Shown: positions 6,093-15,887 of the stretch, in pieces
Numbering within the stretch: the first letter of the stretch is position 1
Layout: the number at the start of each line of letters is the position of its first letter
Origin: a virus
Lineage: Duplodnaviria > Caudoviricetes
Virus record (IMG/VR): IMGVR_UViG_3300030376_000208
Span: 1 to 31,829 of that record
Direction: 5' to 3' (one strand)
Length of the DNA: 31,829 bases
Position numbers and translations under genes: made by a program
The notes under the pieces: generated by a model
Database searches by the model: none
What the model was told of the DNA's origin: nothing
Seen by the model: the letters and a program-made list of their open reading frames with translations, nothing else

Positions 6093-7608
6093 ATACAAAC
6101 CTGACGGTGAAGTCCTAAAAAAATTTATGAAGGACGATACGTTCTTTCGTGGTATTCGCGGTCCTGTTGGCTCTGGTAAGTCTGTTGGTTGTTGCGTAGA
6201 AGTATTTAGACGCGCTCTTTCTCAGAAAAAAAACGATAGTGGCATACGCAGAAGTCGATGGGCTATCATAAGAAACACAAACCCACAGCTTAGAACGACT
6301 ACTATTAAGACATGGCTTGATTGGTTTCCTGAGAATGAGTGGGGTAAATTTATTTGGTCTGTGCCTTATACCCATCACATAAAGAAAGGAGACATAGACC
6401 TAGAGGTTATCTTCCTTGCTCTTGACCGTCCAGAAGATGTTAAAAAATTATTGTCCCTCGAACTAACAGGCATCTGGATTAACGAAGCAAGGGAGATACC
6501 CAAAAGTATTATTGATGCTTGTACGATGAGGGTTGGGCGATTCCCTTCTATGCGTGAAGGTGGACCTAGTTGGACAGGTGTTATTGCAGATACTAACGCA
6601 CCAGAAGAAGATCACTGGTGGCCTATTATGTCAGGCGAAGTTCCAATACCAGATCACATTCCTAGAGATCAGGCTAAGATGTTAGTCAAACCTGATAACT
6701 GGCAGTTCTTTACACAACCATCTGGTATGAAAGAAATATATAATGAAGATGGTGAAATAGAAAACTACAAGTCTAATGATGAGGCTGAAAATAAAAAGAA
6801 CATGCTTCAGAATTATTATACAAACTTAATACAAGGTAAAACAAAGTCTTGGATTGATGTCTATGTAATGAATAGACTAGGTACTATTAAAGATGGAAAG
6901 CCAGTATATCCTATGTTTGCTAGTGAAACACACATTGCTAAAGAAGAAATACCAGTAGCGGCAGGATTGCCTTTGTATATTGGTATAGATTTTGGGCTTA
7001 CTCCTGCGGCTGTTATAGGTCAGAAGGTTAGAAACAGGTGGCTAATTCAATCTGAGATAGTTGCTTTTGATATGGGCATTGTTAGATTTGCAGAGGTATT
7101 AAGAAATGAAATCGCTACTCGTTTTTCTCAAGCTTCCGATGTCTATATATATGGTGATCCAGCAGGGGATTTTCGGGCGCAAACGGACGAATCTACCCCT
7201 TTTCACATACTTAGAGGTGCTGGTCTACGCGCATTTCCCGCCCCAAGCAATTCTGTGGATCTTCGCTTGGAGTCAGTGGCGCAACAACTTAATAAAATGG
7301 TTGAAGGTAAACCTGCGTTTTTAGTTGATAGACGTTGCTCTCAGCTTATAAAGGGATTTGATGGTGGCTATGCTTATAAACGTATGGAGGTAAGTGGCGA
7401 GAGATATGCAGATAAACCTGATAAGAATATGTACTCTCACATACATGATGCACTACAATACTTAATGTTGGGAGCAGGGGAAGGTCGTGCCTTGATGTCA
7501 AATCAGAAACCTGCAAAAGTTATAAACGCTAGAAAAGACTTTGATGTATTTACTAGAAAACCTAAGAGTGTTGGTAAAAAGCCTAGCGTATGGTCACTTG
7601 TGCGTTGA
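6061..7608 (+). CDS. terL: Terminase large subunit
   Basis: Walker A GPVGSGKS, Walker B GIWINEARE, nuclease motifs IGIDFGLTP and SHIHDALQY. The true start may be TTG 6079. Confidence 0.95.
   Translation: MQWITKLTDFKYKPDGEVLKKFMKDDTFFRGIRGPVGSGKSVGCCVEVFRRALSQKKNDSGIRRSRWAIIRNTNPQLRTTTIKTWLDWFPENEWGKFIWSVPYTHHIKKGDIDLEVIFLALDRPEDVKKLLSLELTGIWINEAREIPKSIIDACTMRVGRFPSMREGGPSWTGVIADTNAPEEDHWWPIMSGEVPIPDHIPRDQAKMLVKPDNWQFFTQPSGMKEIYNEDGEIENYKSNDEAENKKNMLQNYYTNLIQGKTKSWIDVYVMNRLGTIKDGKPVYPMFASETHIAKEEIPVAAGLPLYIGIDFGLTPAAVIGQKVRNRWLIQSEIVAFDMGIVRFAEVLRNEIATRFSQASDVYIYGDPAGDFRAQTDESTPFHILRGAGLRAFPAPSNSVDLRLESVAQQLNKMVEGKPAFLVDRRCSQLIKGFDGGYAYKRMEVSGERYADKPDKNMYSHIHDALQYLMLGAGEGRALMSNQKPAKVINARKDFDVFTRKPKSVGKKPSVWSLVR
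7598..7607 (+). promoter_or_regulatory. TTGTGCGTTG motif, copy 2
   Basis: Exact copy overlapping the last codons of terL, followed by an AT-rich spacer, upstream of the GNAT gene. Confidence 0.6.
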
Positions 7609-7640
7609 AATTATTTTAAATCTATGTTTTGCAAGGAAAC

Positions 7641-8111
7641 ATGATGAACCGCAAAGCAATATATAGACAGGCTGCAAGGGATGATGTTCTTTGTATTTTT
7701 GAAATGGCAAGAGACTTTCACGCTGAGAGTGAGTTAAATGACATACCTTTTGACGATGCTGTGTTTGCTAGGTACTTAGAAGGTCAAATAGAAGATGATG
7801 CGTCTTGCATATTCGTTGCTGAAGTAAGTGGAGAAAACGTAGGATTTATATTTGGTAGTATATATCAGCTTTACTTTTCTCAAACTTTTGCTGCTAATAG
7901 TGATATATGGTATGTAAGACCTGAGTATCGTGGTGGTTTAATAGGTGTTTTATTGCTTAGATGTTTTGAAAAGTGGGCAAAAGAAAAGGGTGCTAGGTTT
8001 TTAGTTAATGGCAGTTCGTCAGGTATATCTTTGGAAAGAACACATAAACTAATAGAAAGACTTGGGTATGAATCTGTAGGTTCTGAGTACAGGAGAGACT
8101 TAAATGGGTAG
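7641..8111 (+). CDS. GNAT-family acetyltransferase
   Basis: IFVAE...VGFI, the acetyl-CoA motif WYVRPEYRGGLIG, and ERLGY. Start reassigned to ATG 7641 (AAGGA RBS). Confidence 0.9.
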   Translation: MMNRKAIYRQAARDDVLCIFEMARDFHAESELNDIPFDDAVFARYLEGQIEDDASCIFVAEVSGENVGFIFGSIYQLYFSQTFAANSDIWYVRPEYRGGLIGVLLLRCFEKWAKEKGARFLVNGSSSGISLERTHKLIERLGYESVGSEYRRDLNG

Positions 8112-8757
8112 CTGTTTTAAAAAGAAAGCTCAAAAAACTAGAGCAAAAAAAATTGTTAAGGGTAAGCCGCAAAGAGGTACAACTCGTACAGTAAGACCAG
8201 AACCTCGACCGGGGACTGCAAGTTTTGAAACTCTGCAAGCAAGGAATACTGCATACCAACAACAACAAAAAAATAAAGCTAGAAGAAAAAAGAAAGCTAA
8301 ACAAGCTGCTCTTAGAAATCAAACAACTACACCAACAACTACAACAACTACTACACCTACTACAACAACAACTACTACACCAACAACCACTACTACACTT
8401 GCTCCTGCAAATGATACAGTTACTACATCGGGTGGAGTTATTGGCGGCACATCAGTAACGCCAGAAAGTATTTACACACGTGATCCAGAAGAAGCTATAT
8501 CAGATCAAGAGAAACTGGCTCAAGAAGAACTAAGGCGACAAAGAATAAAACGAGCTAGAACAAAACAATCTTTGCTTAGAAAAAGATTAGAAAGAACTCA
8601 AGAAGTAGGTTCTGGTCGTAGAGTTTTGTCTGGATCTGAAAGAGAACTAAATGTACAGACTAGACAAGCAGGAACTGGTCGCAGAGGTGGGGCAGGTAGA
8701 AGATCTTTAATTACTGGTTCTACTGGTGGAATCGGATACTATAGTAGGTTCTTATGA
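8104..8757 (+). CDS. T7 gp7.3-like virion protein with a Thr/Pro-repeat linker
   Basis: Lies directly before the portal. Basic MG..KKK N-terminus and GRRSLITGSTGG C-terminus resemble the gp7.3 organisation. Confidence 0.55.
   Translation: MGSCFKKKAQKTRAKKIVKGKPQRGTTRTVRPEPRPGTASFETLQARNTAYQQQQKNKARRKKKAKQAALRNQTTTPTTTTTTTPTTTTTTTPTTTTTLAPANDTVTTSGGVIGGTSVTPESIYTRDPEEAISDQEKLAQEELRRQRIKRARTKQSLLRKRLERTQEVGSGRRVLSGSERELNVQTRQAGTGRRGGAGRRSLITGSTGGIGYYSRFL
8323..8397 (+). repeat. Degenerate 24-nt tandem repeat encoding (PT7)n
   Basis: TTT-P-TTTTTTT-P-TTTTTTT-P-TTTTT encoded by ACA/ACT/ACC runs. Confidence 0.9.
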
Positions 8758-10298
8758 TACAAAATTCAAAAAAATACTTAGAAAGATACGAGAAAGCAAA
8801 AGCGCATAGGCAGAACTTTGTTGATCTTTTTGAAGAATGTTATGAGTTTGCTTTGCCGCAACGAGAATCATTTTTCTTTGAAACAGCAGGACAGCGTAGA
8901 GATGATAAGATCTTTGACGAAACAGCAGTAGTTGGTGTTCAAGAATTTGCATCTAGACTACAATCAGGCTTAGTTCCTAACTTTGCTAGGTGGGCTGACT
9001 TTACCGCAGGTTCAGAAGTTCCAGACTCTGAGAAAGATTTTATTGAAAATGATCTTGATGAAGTAACAGAGTATGTTTTTGAGATATTACAAAACTCTAA
9101 CTTTGGACAAGAAGTTCATGAATCATTTATGGATCTAGCAGTAGGTACTGGTATCCTTTGTGTAGATGAAGGCGATGCAATTAATCCTGTAGTATTCTCA
9201 GCAATACCATTACCCCATGTTGTTCTTGATACTGGACCTGATGATAAAATAGATCATGTCTTTCGGGAGCGTAAGAATATAAGGAACTCTGATCTTCCTA
9301 TACTTTATGAAGATGCAAAGTTTGACATGAAGATACAGAATAGAATTGATAGAGATCCAGAAGGCAAATGCACAACCCTTGAGATTATATGCAAAGATTA
9401 CACAAAACGTAATGAGGAAGCATATCTGTATTATGTAATAGATATGTCTACAAAAGAAGCTATTGTTGAAAGAAAGTTTTCTGGCGTTGGTTCTAATCCA
9501 TATGTTTGTTTTAGGTGGTCTAAATGTGCAGGTGAGGTGTATGGTCGAGGTCCATTAATCAATGCTTTATCTGCTATTAAGACTACAAACTTAACTATTC
9601 AACTTATCTTGGAAAATGCTCAGATGGCTATATCTGGCATTTATCAGATGGATGATGACGGTATTATTAACCCAGATACTATTAATCTAGTTCCAGGAAC
9701 TATAATACCGAAGTCTCCTCAATCTGGTGGGCTACAACCTATACAAGCAGCAGGAAGATTTGATGTTGCTGATATAGTTTTAGGTGATATGCGCTTGAAT
9801 ATAAAACGTGCATTATACAATGATATGCTAGGAAATCCAGATAGAACTCCTGCATCTGCTACAGAAGTAGCTGAACGTATGGCAGATTTATCACGCAGGA
9901 TAGGATCAGCATTTGGTAGACTGCAAGCTGAGTTAGTACAGCCAGTATTACAAAGAGTGATTTACATTCTTAAGAAGCAAGGGCGTATAGAAATGCCAAC
10001 TGTTAATGGTCGAGAGGTCAAGATACGTTCTGTTTCTCCATTAGCACAAGCTCAATCTAATCAGGATATAACTTCCGTTTCTAGGTTTCTTGAATTGGTT
10101 AATGCGTACTTTGGGCCTGAGACTACAAACATATTAATTAACTCTGAAGAAACAGCTATTCACCTTGCTAAAAAATTTGGTGTACCTGACACCTTGATTC
10201 GTGACGCAGAAGAGCGTAGACAGATAGTTGCAATGATGCAGCAAATGCAAATGCAACAACAGGAACAACAAGCAGGACCACCTATTGCCGCAGAATAG
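8754..10298 (+). CDS. Portal (head-to-tail connector), T7 gp8-like
   Basis: FDETAVVGVQEFASRLQSGL, DLAVGTG, GEVYGRGP, SATEVAER and SPLAQAQ motifs. Confidence 0.95.
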   Translation: MIQNSKKYLERYEKAKAHRQNFVDLFEECYEFALPQRESFFFETAGQRRDDKIFDETAVVGVQEFASRLQSGLVPNFARWADFTAGSEVPDSEKDFIENDLDEVTEYVFEILQNSNFGQEVHESFMDLAVGTGILCVDEGDAINPVVFSAIPLPHVVLDTGPDDKIDHVFRERKNIRNSDLPILYEDAKFDMKIQNRIDRDPEGKCTTLEIICKDYTKRNEEAYLYYVIDMSTKEAIVERKFSGVGSNPYVCFRWSKCAGEVYGRGPLINALSAIKTTNLTIQLILENAQMAISGIYQMDDDGIINPDTINLVPGTIIPKSPQSGGLQPIQAAGRFDVADIVLGDMRLNIKRALYNDMLGNPDRTPASATEVAERMADLSRRIGSAFGRLQAELVQPVLQRVIYILKKQGRIEMPTVNGREVKIRSVSPLAQAQSNQDITSVSRFLELVNAYFGPETTNILINSEETAIHLAKKFGVPDTLIRDAEERRQIVAMMQQMQMQQQEQQAGPPIAAE

Positions 10299-10548
10299 TC
10301 ACATTGGTTTAGACGGAATAACAAGAAAGAAAACAGAAGAAGATAAGATAAGCCTTCATTTTGGTTCTTTATTTGTTCAGCCTACTGGTCAAGAAATTCT
10401 TAAATACTTGCGTAGTATAACTATTGAAATGGTAAGTGGTCCTAATATTTCTACTGATGAACTGCGTCATTTAGAAGGTCAACGGTATCTTGTTGGCCTA
10501 ATAGAGCGTCATATCCAAAGATCACATAAGGTTAAAAACAATGAGTGA
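10285..10548 (+). CDS. Conserved post-portal protein (Bbp19-like)
   Basis: F..PTGQEILKYL...EGQRYLV motif, located between portal and scaffold. Confidence 0.75.
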   Translation: MPQNSHIGLDGITRKKTEEDKISLHFGSLFVQPTGQEILKYLRSITIEMVSGPNISTDELRHLEGQRYLVGLIERHIQRSHKVKNNE

Positions 10549-11293
10549 AGAATCACAAGAAACAGAAGCAACAACAGAACTGCCACCTCAAGAAGAAAGA
10601 GACTTTGTAGTTGCAGAAGATTTAGAAACTAAAACTGAAGAACGTCCTGAATGGTTGCCAGAAAAATATAAAACAGGTGAGGATCTAGCAAAGGCTTATA
10701 AAGAACTTGAGTCTAAGCTTGGCACTAAGGATGTTGATATTAGAAATGAATTATTAAAAGAAATAGAAGAAGAAAGTTTTAAAGACAGGCCAAGCTCTGC
10801 TGATGATTACCAATTGCCTGATTTTGTAGATATAGATAATATTGATACAAATGATCCAACTCTTAGATGGTGGGCAGATCATGCTTTTACTTATGGTTTT
10901 AGCCAAGAAGAATTTGCTGAAGGATTAGAAAAAGTAATGCAAGCACAAGATTCTTTCTTACCAGATCCAGAAGAGGAAATAAAGAAACTTGGCGATAATG
11001 CAAATGTAAGACTAGAGGCTGTTGATTTATTTGCTAGGCAGTTTTTTCCAGAAGAATATATGGAGTCTATAGAAGATTTAGCTGCTACGGCAGAAGGAGT
11101 ACAAGCTTTAGAATTTATTATGGCTAAACTACAATCCCCTGCAATTGGATCTGATGCTGCACCAATAGGTAGAATTACCGAAGAAAGTCTGAGAGAAATG
11201 ATGGCTGATGAAAGATATTGGCATCCTGCTCGTAGAAATACAGACTTTATTAAACAGGTTGATGAAGGTTTTCAAAAGCTACATAATCAATAA
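10541..11293 (+). CDS. Capsid scaffolding protein
   Basis: Acidic protein with RPEWLPEKY...LAKAYKELESKLG and a C-terminal D.RYW motif, upstream of the capsid gene. Confidence 0.85.
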   Translation: MSEESQETEATTELPPQEERDFVVAEDLETKTEERPEWLPEKYKTGEDLAKAYKELESKLGTKDVDIRNELLKEIEEESFKDRPSSADDYQLPDFVDIDNIDTNDPTLRWWADHAFTYGFSQEEFAEGLEKVMQAQDSFLPDPEEEIKKLGDNANVRLEAVDLFARQFFPEEYMESIEDLAATAEGVQALEFIMAKLQSPAIGSDAAPIGRITEESLREMMADERYWHPARRNTDFIKQVDEGFQKLHNQ

Positions 11294-11300
11294 ATTTAAT

Positions 11301-11310
11301 TTGTGCGTTG
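11301..11310 (+). promoter_or_regulatory. TTGTGCGTTG motif, copy 3
   Basis: Exact copy in the intergenic region upstream of the major capsid gene. Confidence 0.65.
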
Positions 11311-11444
11311 CATTTTAAATAAAATTATTGTTTGAATGGGTCATTACGACCCATATCGCATTGATCGGCCCTAATTGGATACCCGAATTGATATGTAAGA
11401 GTGGACACTCGTAGCAATCGGAAACTCAATTTAGGACTGTAAAA

Positions 11445-12254
11445 ATGGCTAATACAATAGACCAAGCCTTTATAAAGCAGTTTGAAACTGAAGTTCACAT
11501 GGCGTATCAGCGTATGGGTTCCAAGCTACGGAACACTGTTCGCTCTACAAATGTGTCAGGTTCAACTGCACGATTCCAGAAAATAGGCACTGGATCAGCG
11601 TCAACAAAATCAAGAACTGGTAGTGTAACTCCTATGGAACTCGTACACACCAATGTCGAAGTATCAATGAGCGACTTCTACGCTGCTGAATTCATTGACA
11701 AGCTTGACGAGTTGAAAACAAATATCAATGAACGACAAGCTGTAACACAATCTGCGGCTGCTGCTCTTGGTAGAAAAACAGACGAGATTATCATTACTGC
11801 TATGGATGCAGGTGCTAACTCTACTCAAATACATGATACTAACTCTGCTCTTGCTAAAGCAGATCTTCTATCATTGTTTGAAACAATGGGTACGGCAGAT
11901 GTTCCAGAGGACGGACAACGCTATCTTGCGATGTCTCCTGCAGGTTATGCTGATTTGTTTTCTATCAATGAATTTGCATCATCAGACTTTGTTGGGCCGC
12001 AAAACCTACCATTTGCAGGTGGCATGACAATGAAAGAATTCTTGGGCTTCAAGATCTTTTCAACGTCTGCTGTAGCAGGTGGTAAGAACTTTGCTTACCA
12101 TACAAGTGCTATAGGTCTTGGTGTGAACTCTGATGTTCAAACTGAAGTAAACTATGTTGCTGAGAAAGTATCTCACTTAGCAACATCAATGATGTCAATG
12201 GGCGCGGTAGCTATCGATGATAACGGTATCTACGAAGTCCTAGACAATAACTAA
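11445..12254 (+). CDS. Major capsid protein
   Basis: MANTIDQAFIKQFETEVHMAYQRMGSKLRNTV and AAALGRKTDEIII. BPP-1/HTVC010P-type capsid sequence in the expected position. Confidence 0.93.
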   Translation: MANTIDQAFIKQFETEVHMAYQRMGSKLRNTVRSTNVSGSTARFQKIGTGSASTKSRTGSVTPMELVHTNVEVSMSDFYAAEFIDKLDELKTNINERQAVTQSAAAALGRKTDEIIITAMDAGANSTQIHDTNSALAKADLLSLFETMGTADVPEDGQRYLAMSPAGYADLFSINEFASSDFVGPQNLPFAGGMTMKEFLGFKIFSTSAVAGGKNFAYHTSAIGLGVNSDVQTEVNYVAEKVSHLATSMMSMGAVAIDDNGIYEVLDNN

Positions 12255-12268
12255 GAGGGGGATCTTAA

Positions 12269-12532
12269 ATGGCTTATTCTGCATCTGGTCTAACTCGTAT
12301 GGCAGGTGGTGGCGGTCATAACCTTTGGTTTTATGACTCAACCGATGCTATAACAGCAGTTCGCGTTTCTGGTTACTTTAATAACGCTGCAAGCATGTTG
12401 AATGTTGGCGACGCTATTTTTGTACTAGACAGTGATGCTCCTGCTCTCAGCATATCTCTTGTACTATCCAACAATGGTTCGGTAGTAGATATTGCTGATG
12501 GTACAGCTATCACCGTAAGCGATAGTGACTAA
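12269..12532 (+). CDS. Probable capsid decoration/cement protein
   Basis: Small beta-rich protein between capsid gene and terminator. Y.STD....V..SGYFN....L.VGD motif. Confidence 0.6.
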   Translation: MAYSASGLTRMAGGGGHNLWFYDSTDAITAVRVSGYFNNAASMLNVGDAIFVLDSDAPALSISLVLSNNGSVVDIADGTAITVSDSD

Positions 12533-12533
12533 T

Positions 12534-12562
12534 AGAGTGGGGGCATCAGCCCCCCTCTTTTA
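12534..12562 (+). terminator. Rho-independent terminator after the capsid genes
   Basis: GGGGGC-ATCA-GCCCCC stem extended by AGAG/CTCT and followed by a T-tract. Confidence 0.85.
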
Positions 12563-12574
12563 TAGGGGTTTATA

Positions 12575-13162
12575 ATGGCACTAAGTACACCTGCTAATAG
12601 CGCAATTGATATTTGTAGTCGTGCTCTTATCTTAGTTGGCGCAGAGCCAATTACTTCTTTTGAAGATGATACAACTGAAGCCCTAATTGCAGGGAACATG
12701 TATGAAGATATTGCAAGAACTAATCTTACATCTACACGTTGGCGATTTGCTACAAACCAAGCTGTATTAAATAGATTAACAGATGTTCCTACTGGCAGAT
12801 TTGACGCTGCATATCAATTACCAGATTATCTTTTTGTTCACGCTGTAACAGTAAGAGATCTTCAAATAGAATATAATATATACGGAAATAAAGTTTTTTG
12901 TGATGCGAGTCCTAATGATGAACTGATTGTAGATTTTACATTTAGAGCTGATGAAGTTGGTTGGCCTTCTTATTTTTCTCTTTGTGTTGAATATGCAATG
13001 GCAACTGTCTTTGCTACTGCATTAATAAGAGACACAGCATTATCATCTTTAATGTCAACTCAGTATGATTTTTTAATAGCAAAAGCTAGATCAACTGACT
13101 CACAGCAGCAGACAACTCGCAAGATAACAACATCGAGGTTTATTACAAATAGGCGCACTTAA
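12575..13162 (+). CDS. Tail tubular protein A / adaptor (T7 gp11-like)
   Basis: IDICSRALILVGAEPITSF, WRFA and AYQLP motifs, expected position. Confidence 0.88.
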   Translation: MALSTPANSAIDICSRALILVGAEPITSFEDDTTEALIAGNMYEDIARTNLTSTRWRFATNQAVLNRLTDVPTGRFDAAYQLPDYLFVHAVTVRDLQIEYNIYGNKVFCDASPNDELIVDFTFRADEVGWPSYFSLCVEYAMATVFATALIRDTALSSLMSTQYDFLIAKARSTDSQQQTTRKITTSRFITNRRT

Positions 13163-15402
13163 TGCAAAAAGCACGAATACCAATTACAAACTTTCAATAT
13201 GGTGAGATAAGTCCGTCTTTGGTTTCGAGGACGGATTCGGCTATTTATAACTCTTCAGCACAAAGCATTAAAAACTTTTTTATTAGAACAGAAGGTGGTG
13301 TAGCTAAACGTGGTGGTTTTCAAGCATTACATGACTTTACAGCTATTACAGAAAACACTGCTATACGTCAGCAAATAAGACTTATACCATTTATATTTTC
13401 AGATGATGAACAATATATAATAGCATTTTCAAACCAGAAATGTGAAATCTTTTTTATAAATCCTGTAACAGGTGCATTAAGTTTAGCAACAACATTAACA
13501 CAAGATGTTGATGGAAATGCTTTGCAATGGGATCATTTGTATCTGCATGAAATGACTTATGCACAGGGCGGTGATATTCTTTTTGTTTGCCACAATACTT
13601 TTATGTGTCAACAAATAGTAAGAACTGGCCTTAATAGTTTTCAAGTAGAACAATTTAATTTTGTTTTACAAGCAGGTGGAGCTAAGATCTTTCAGCCTTA
13701 TTATCATTTTCATCCTACTGGCGTTACACTTGATCCATCTGCAAGCACAGGTAATTCTATTACTATAACAACTAGTGCGCCTTATTTTGATACTACTGGT
13801 AAACATGTTGGTATTACATTGTTATATCATGGTTCAGAAATATTTATAACTTCTGTTCAGTCTAGTACACAAGCAACTGGTAGAGTTGTTGATGAACTTT
13901 TTGTAGAGTTAGACCCTAATGCTGTTAGGACTACTGATGGTTCTACTAACTTAGAAATAACTCACATTAATCATGGCATGTCTAATGGTGATTCAATTAC
14001 TATACGAAATGCAACATCTGTTGGTGGTGTAAGTGCAGGTAATGTAAATGGCACTCGGTCAATAACAAGTGTGATTGATGAAAATAGATATATTGTTGCA
14101 GGTGGCGGTTCAGCTAATACATCTGAGGATGGTGGTGGATTTATACAGATTGTTACTCATGCACCTACTACTGAATGGATGGAGCAATCTTATTCTGAAT
14201 TAAGAGGCTATCCTGCTGCTGTTGGTTTCCATGAAAATAGACTTTGGTTTGGTGGTACGCTTTCTCAACCTGATACTGTTTGGGCAAGTAAGTCAGGATT
14301 GTTTTATAACTTTGATATTGGTACTGCTCAAGATGATGATGCTTTAGAACTTGTTATGAGTATTGGTGAAGTAGCTACTATACGTCATTTTGTTTCTAAT
14401 AGAGACATACATATCTTTACTGCAGGATCAGAGTTTTTTATTCCTACATTTGAAAATCAACCTATTACGCCTTCTAATGCTAGAGTAAAAAGACAAACAT
14501 CTTTTGGTTCTACTTTTGTAAGACCACAACCTTTCTATGGTGCTACAATCTTTGGTCAGATTGGCGGCAAGATGATACGTCAGTTTGTATTTGATGATAG
14601 TGAGCAAGCTTACAAAGCCGATCCAATTTCTTTGCTTTCTTCTCATTTGATAAGCGATCCAGTTCAGATGTGTGTAATTAGTGGCGCGGTAAACACAGCC
14701 GAGTCATTTGTATTTGCTCAGAACTTTACTGGTGAGATAGCTGTTTATAATCTTAATAGAGTTGAGGGTGTTGCAGGTTGGACAAGGTTTGAAACAAATG
14801 GTTCTTTTCATTCTGTTACTGCTATTGGTAACAGGGTTTTTGCTGTTATTAAAACCAATCTTGGATCTGGTACAAATAGTTTTGTATTCACTGAATTAAA
14901 TCAAAATGTAAGTTTAGATCTTGGTAATACATACTCAGGAAGCAATGGTGTTTTTACTGTGTCAAACTTTTTTGAAAATGGCGCAAAGGTAGATGTAATA
15001 AGTGCTACAGACTACTTAGGTGAGTTTACAGTAGCTAATGGTCAGATTGATGTTTCGTCTGTAGACGCTTCTCTCTCAAGCTGTCAGGTAGGTTTTGGTT
15101 TTGATGTAGAGTTAAAGACTAATCCTATAGATGTTAATACTGCAATCGGTCCAGAAACAGGACAGCCTAGAAGTTTAAGTAGAGTTATACTTGATATGTC
15201 TGAAACATTATCTGTATCAGTAAATAATAAGAAACTAATTATAAGAAAAGTAAACAATGACTTCAGCCAACCAAGACAGGCAGTCACAGGTAAACGAGAG
15301 TTTTATTTACTTGGATACAATAAAGATCCACAGGTAACAGTTACACAAACTGCACCTATGTTTATTCAAGTTAATGGTTTAGTTGCAGAGGTATCTTTCT
15401 AA
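13162..15402 (+). CDS. Tail tubular protein B / nozzle (T7 gp12-like)
   Basis: NFQYGEISP, GGVAKRGG, GYPAAVGFHENRLWFGG and VAGWTR motifs. Confidence 0.9.
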   Translation: MQKARIPITNFQYGEISPSLVSRTDSAIYNSSAQSIKNFFIRTEGGVAKRGGFQALHDFTAITENTAIRQQIRLIPFIFSDDEQYIIAFSNQKCEIFFINPVTGALSLATTLTQDVDGNALQWDHLYLHEMTYAQGGDILFVCHNTFMCQQIVRTGLNSFQVEQFNFVLQAGGAKIFQPYYHFHPTGVTLDPSASTGNSITITTSAPYFDTTGKHVGITLLYHGSEIFITSVQSSTQATGRVVDELFVELDPNAVRTTDGSTNLEITHINHGMSNGDSITIRNATSVGGVSAGNVNGTRSITSVIDENRYIVAGGGSANTSEDGGGFIQIVTHAPTTEWMEQSYSELRGYPAAVGFHENRLWFGGTLSQPDTVWASKSGLFYNFDIGTAQDDDALELVMSIGEVATIRHFVSNRDIHIFTAGSEFFIPTFENQPITPSNARVKRQTSFGSTFVRPQPFYGATIFGQIGGKMIRQFVFDDSEQAYKADPISLLSSHLISDPVQMCVISGAVNTAESFVFAQNFTGEIAVYNLNRVEGVAGWTRFETNGSFHSVTAIGNRVFAVIKTNLGSGTNSFVFTELNQNVSLDLGNTYSGSNGVFTVSNFFENGAKVDVISATDYLGEFTVANGQIDVSSVDASLSSCQVGFGFDVELKTNPIDVNTAIGPETGQPRSLSRVILDMSETLSVSVNNKKLIIRKVNNDFSQPRQAVTGKREFYLLGYNKDPQVTVTQTAPMFIQVNGLVAEVSF

Positions 15403-15887
15403 TGGCTATTAATCCTCTTACTGTTATTACTACAGGTTTAAGTTTAATTGGTACAAAAAAATCCTACGATGCTCAAAGAGAAGAAGCAAAACGTAGGGCT
15501 GAGATAGGTAAGTTTGAAGCAAGGCAACATGTTAATGATTTGTTTCTTACTAAAGCTCAAGCAATAGATGAATCTAATAGACGTATTAGAGATATGCAAA
15601 TTGCTGAATCTCAGAACATTGCTTTCTTTAGTGCATTAGGTAGAGAAGATAGATCTGTTGGCGCGCTTCTTAAAGAAAATAGAAGGATTGCATCTGAAGA
15701 TTTAGAAGGCATAGAAAGATCTGCTGAACTTCAAGCAGCTAAGTTAGCTACTGCTGCTGCTGTTGCTTACAAGTATGGGCAAGGCGCATCGGCAGGATTA
15801 AAAGCAGAAGCAACTGCAAATCTTATTACAGGCATTACAAACATTGCTAAAAACTTAGATCCAAAGTTTTTTAAAGGAACTGGCTAA
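15402..15887 (+). CDS. Internal virion (ejection) protein, T7 gp14-like
   Basis: Hydrophobic N-terminus, Ala-rich helical body, first gene after the nozzle. Confidence 0.65.
   Translation: MAINPLTVITTGLSLIGTKKSYDAQREEAKRRAEIGKFEARQHVNDLFLTKAQAIDESNRRIRDMQIAESQNIAFFSALGREDRSVGALLKENRRIASEDLEGIERSAELQAAKLATAAAVAYKYGQGASAGLKAEATANLITGITNIAKNLDPKFFKGTG

Noticed and set aside
8225-8458. Gln/Leu-rich 77-aa ORF
   Set aside because: Shifted-frame shadow of the Thr repeat.
12200-12290. T7-style capsid frameshift or readthrough into the next gene
   Set aside because: No slippery heptamer seen near the capsid stop, and the downstream gene has its own RBS.
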